A DNA stretch of 64,000 nt from an uncultured Phycisphaerales bacterium (GTDB lineage: Bacteria; Planctomycetota; Phycisphaerae; Tepidisphaerales; Tepidisphaeraceae), in NCBI GenBank assembly GCA_963758525.1, contig CAVWVQ010000003.1, forward strand, positions 3,328,001 through 3,392,000, given 5' to 3'. The notes below the pieces were generated by a model. That model made no database searches and had not been told where the DNA came from. It worked only from the letters and a program-made list of their open reading frames with translations. Shown piece after piece: positions 62,561 to 64,000 of this stretch (the stretch's first letter is position 1; each line of letters opens with the position of its first letter). A program made the position numbers and the translations under genes.

Positions 62561-62950
62561 CTACTTCCCCAATTTCTCTTTCACCCTCGCCCGCGCCATC
62601 TGGCGGGTTCGCGCCTCGGCGGTCTTCGCATCGGTGGGAACGCGGGCTTCCGCCTCGGTGTATTCGGCGCGGGCGGTCTCGGCACTGATCTGATCCGAGG
62701 CGATCGCGTCGTTAGTCAGCACCGTCAGCTTGTTGTCCTTCATTTGCGCCACGCCTCCCTCCACCAAAAACGTTTTCTGCTGTCCGCCCGGCAAATCCAG
62801 CCGAAGCGGGCCCAGACCCAGTTTGATGAGCAGGGGGGCGCGATCGGTGAGGATGCCGATCAGTCCGTCGTGCGCGGGCAGGATCGCCTGCGTGACCGAT
62901 TCGTCCAGGGCCTGCTGCTCGGGGGTGACGATGACGCATTGAAATGCCAT
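62561..62950 (-). CDS. atpC: F0F1 ATP synthase epsilon subunit
   Basis: IVTPE, LPAHDGLIGIL, L.LG, VEGGVAQ, C-terminal helical hairpin. Confidence 0.9.
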   Translation of the reverse strand: MAFQCVIVTPEQQALDESVTQAILPAHDGLIGILTDRAPLLIKLGLGPLRLDLPGGQQKTFLVEGGVAQMKDNKLTVLTNDAIASDQISAETARAEYTEAEARVPTDAKTAEARTRQMARARVKEKLGK

Positions 62951-62995
62951 GACCGCTCCAGATAAAAGGCCGTCTCGAAACCATGACCCCGCTCA

Positions 62996-63078
62996 CCACG
63001 CCGAGTCTGAGGTACTCCGAAGGCTCGGATCGAGCGCCAAAAAATCCGAGCCTTCGGAGTACCTCAGACTCGGCGTGG
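62996..63078. repeat. Perfect 35-bp inverted repeat (REPIN-like)
   Basis: 62996-63030 and 63044-63078 are exact inverses; half copy at 41697-41730. Confidence 0.85.
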
Positions 63079-63080
63079 CA

Positions 63081-63184
63081 GCTATATGACCTTGCGCGAT
63101 TACGCGCTTCCAAAAACCGTTTAGCGGCTGCCCTAAGGGCAGCATACTGCTCTCACGTGCGCGTAATCGAGCACGTTCATTTAG
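63081..63184 (-). mobile_element. 104-bp MITE, copy 2
   Basis: Inverse of 57951-58054 with 2 mismatches. Confidence 0.8.
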
Positions 63185-63428
63185 ATGCGCGGTTCGCAGA
63201 CCGCCGCACGCCACTCGATGCGACGAACGCGGTCCAATGTAGGGGCCGGCCCCGGAGGCGTCAAATGCCGGATTTTCTTAGCGGCGGGGGCATTCGGTGG
63301 TTGCGAAACAGGGTTGCGGATATATGATGCCGGTTGGAAATTGCTTCAAAATCACCGCGCCGCCGGCGCGGTGTTGCCGTTAATAGGGATTGTCGTTTCG
63401 GGCGGAGTCGCCGTCCGGGAGTGATCGC

Positions 63429-63896
63429 ATGCAAATGATGAGTGCCAAGGAGAAGGCGGTTCTCGAGGCCAAGCGCGAGGAACTCTACAAGATGCAGCTC
63501 GACGTGCAGGAGCGCATCACCAAGGCAGCCTCCCTCGGCGACCTCAAGGAAAACTCCGAATACCATTTCGCCAAGGAAGAAAACCGCAGCATTCAGCGCC
63601 AGCTCGCCGAGCTGAATCTGAAGCTCAAGAGCATTGCCGTCGTCGACACGGACAACGTCCCCGAAGACGTCGTCTTCCTCGGTCACACCGTCAAGTTGCT
63701 CGACCTCTACGACGACTCGGAGACGATTGTCCGCCTCGTCGGCGAAGCGCAAGCGCCAACCACCGACAGTGACGTGATGCCCGTCAGCGTCAACAGCCCT
63801 ATGGGCGAAGCGTTGATGAAAGCCCGCGTAGGCGAGACAGTGAAAGTGAAAGCGCCCCGGGGGACGAATGAGTTCAAGATTCTGGAGATTATGTGA
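63429..63896 (+). CDS. greA: Transcription elongation factor GreA/GreB
   Basis: GDLKENSEY, VFLGHTV, SVNSPMGEALM. Confidence 0.92.
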   Translation: MQMMSAKEKAVLEAKREELYKMQLDVQERITKAASLGDLKENSEYHFAKEENRSIQRQLAELNLKLKSIAVVDTDNVPEDVVFLGHTVKLLDLYDDSETIVRLVGEAQAPTTDSDVMPVSVNSPMGEALMKARVGETVKVKAPRGTNEFKILEIM

Positions 63897-64000
63897 GTCT
63901 GGTGGCTCTGGTGATGGGAACGTGGAACGTGACAAGAGGGGACTGAAACCTGAAAACGTGAAACGTGAGGGGAGGGAGACGCAAATCCGTGGAGATCCTG

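Overview
High-GC bacterial chromosomal window. It is most likely Planctomycetota (Phycisphaerae/Tepidisphaerales-like), inferred from a LEPRxLL-type secreted protein, three 'W..WRG' PQQ/BamB-like propellers, a B2-less PheT and an extended sigma-70. Core genes include a ClC channel, lptD, msrA, gltB/gltD, ptsN-like, ribD, lspA, dksA-like, pheT, tRNA-Glu, hflX, two bactofilins, LPS GT9 and kinase, yggS, atpC and greA. About a dozen genes between 21 and 60 kb, including essential pheT, carry 1-2 nt frameshifts in G/C runs, most likely long-read consensus errors. Main highlights: (1) an unannotated ~640-nt highly base-paired, GNRA-rich RNA candidate at ~152-800 with paired ends and its own promoter; (2) a four-helix-bundle gene bracketed by near-perfect 59-bp inverted repeats built from CGAATGA-type heptamers, with empty copies elsewhere, one in frame inside a gene; (3) a PaaK-like ligase + two propellers + GriC/GriD(EhpF/EhpG)-like carboxylate reductase operon; (4) a HEPN + BolA-like gene pair inserted between gltB and gltD; (5) a rich small mobilome: an IS1202-family IS with 18-bp TSD, a 143-bp MITE carrying a REPIN (3 copies, 8-9 bp TSDs), a 104-bp TA-flanked MITE (2 copies), a RAYT-like transposase and several REP families.
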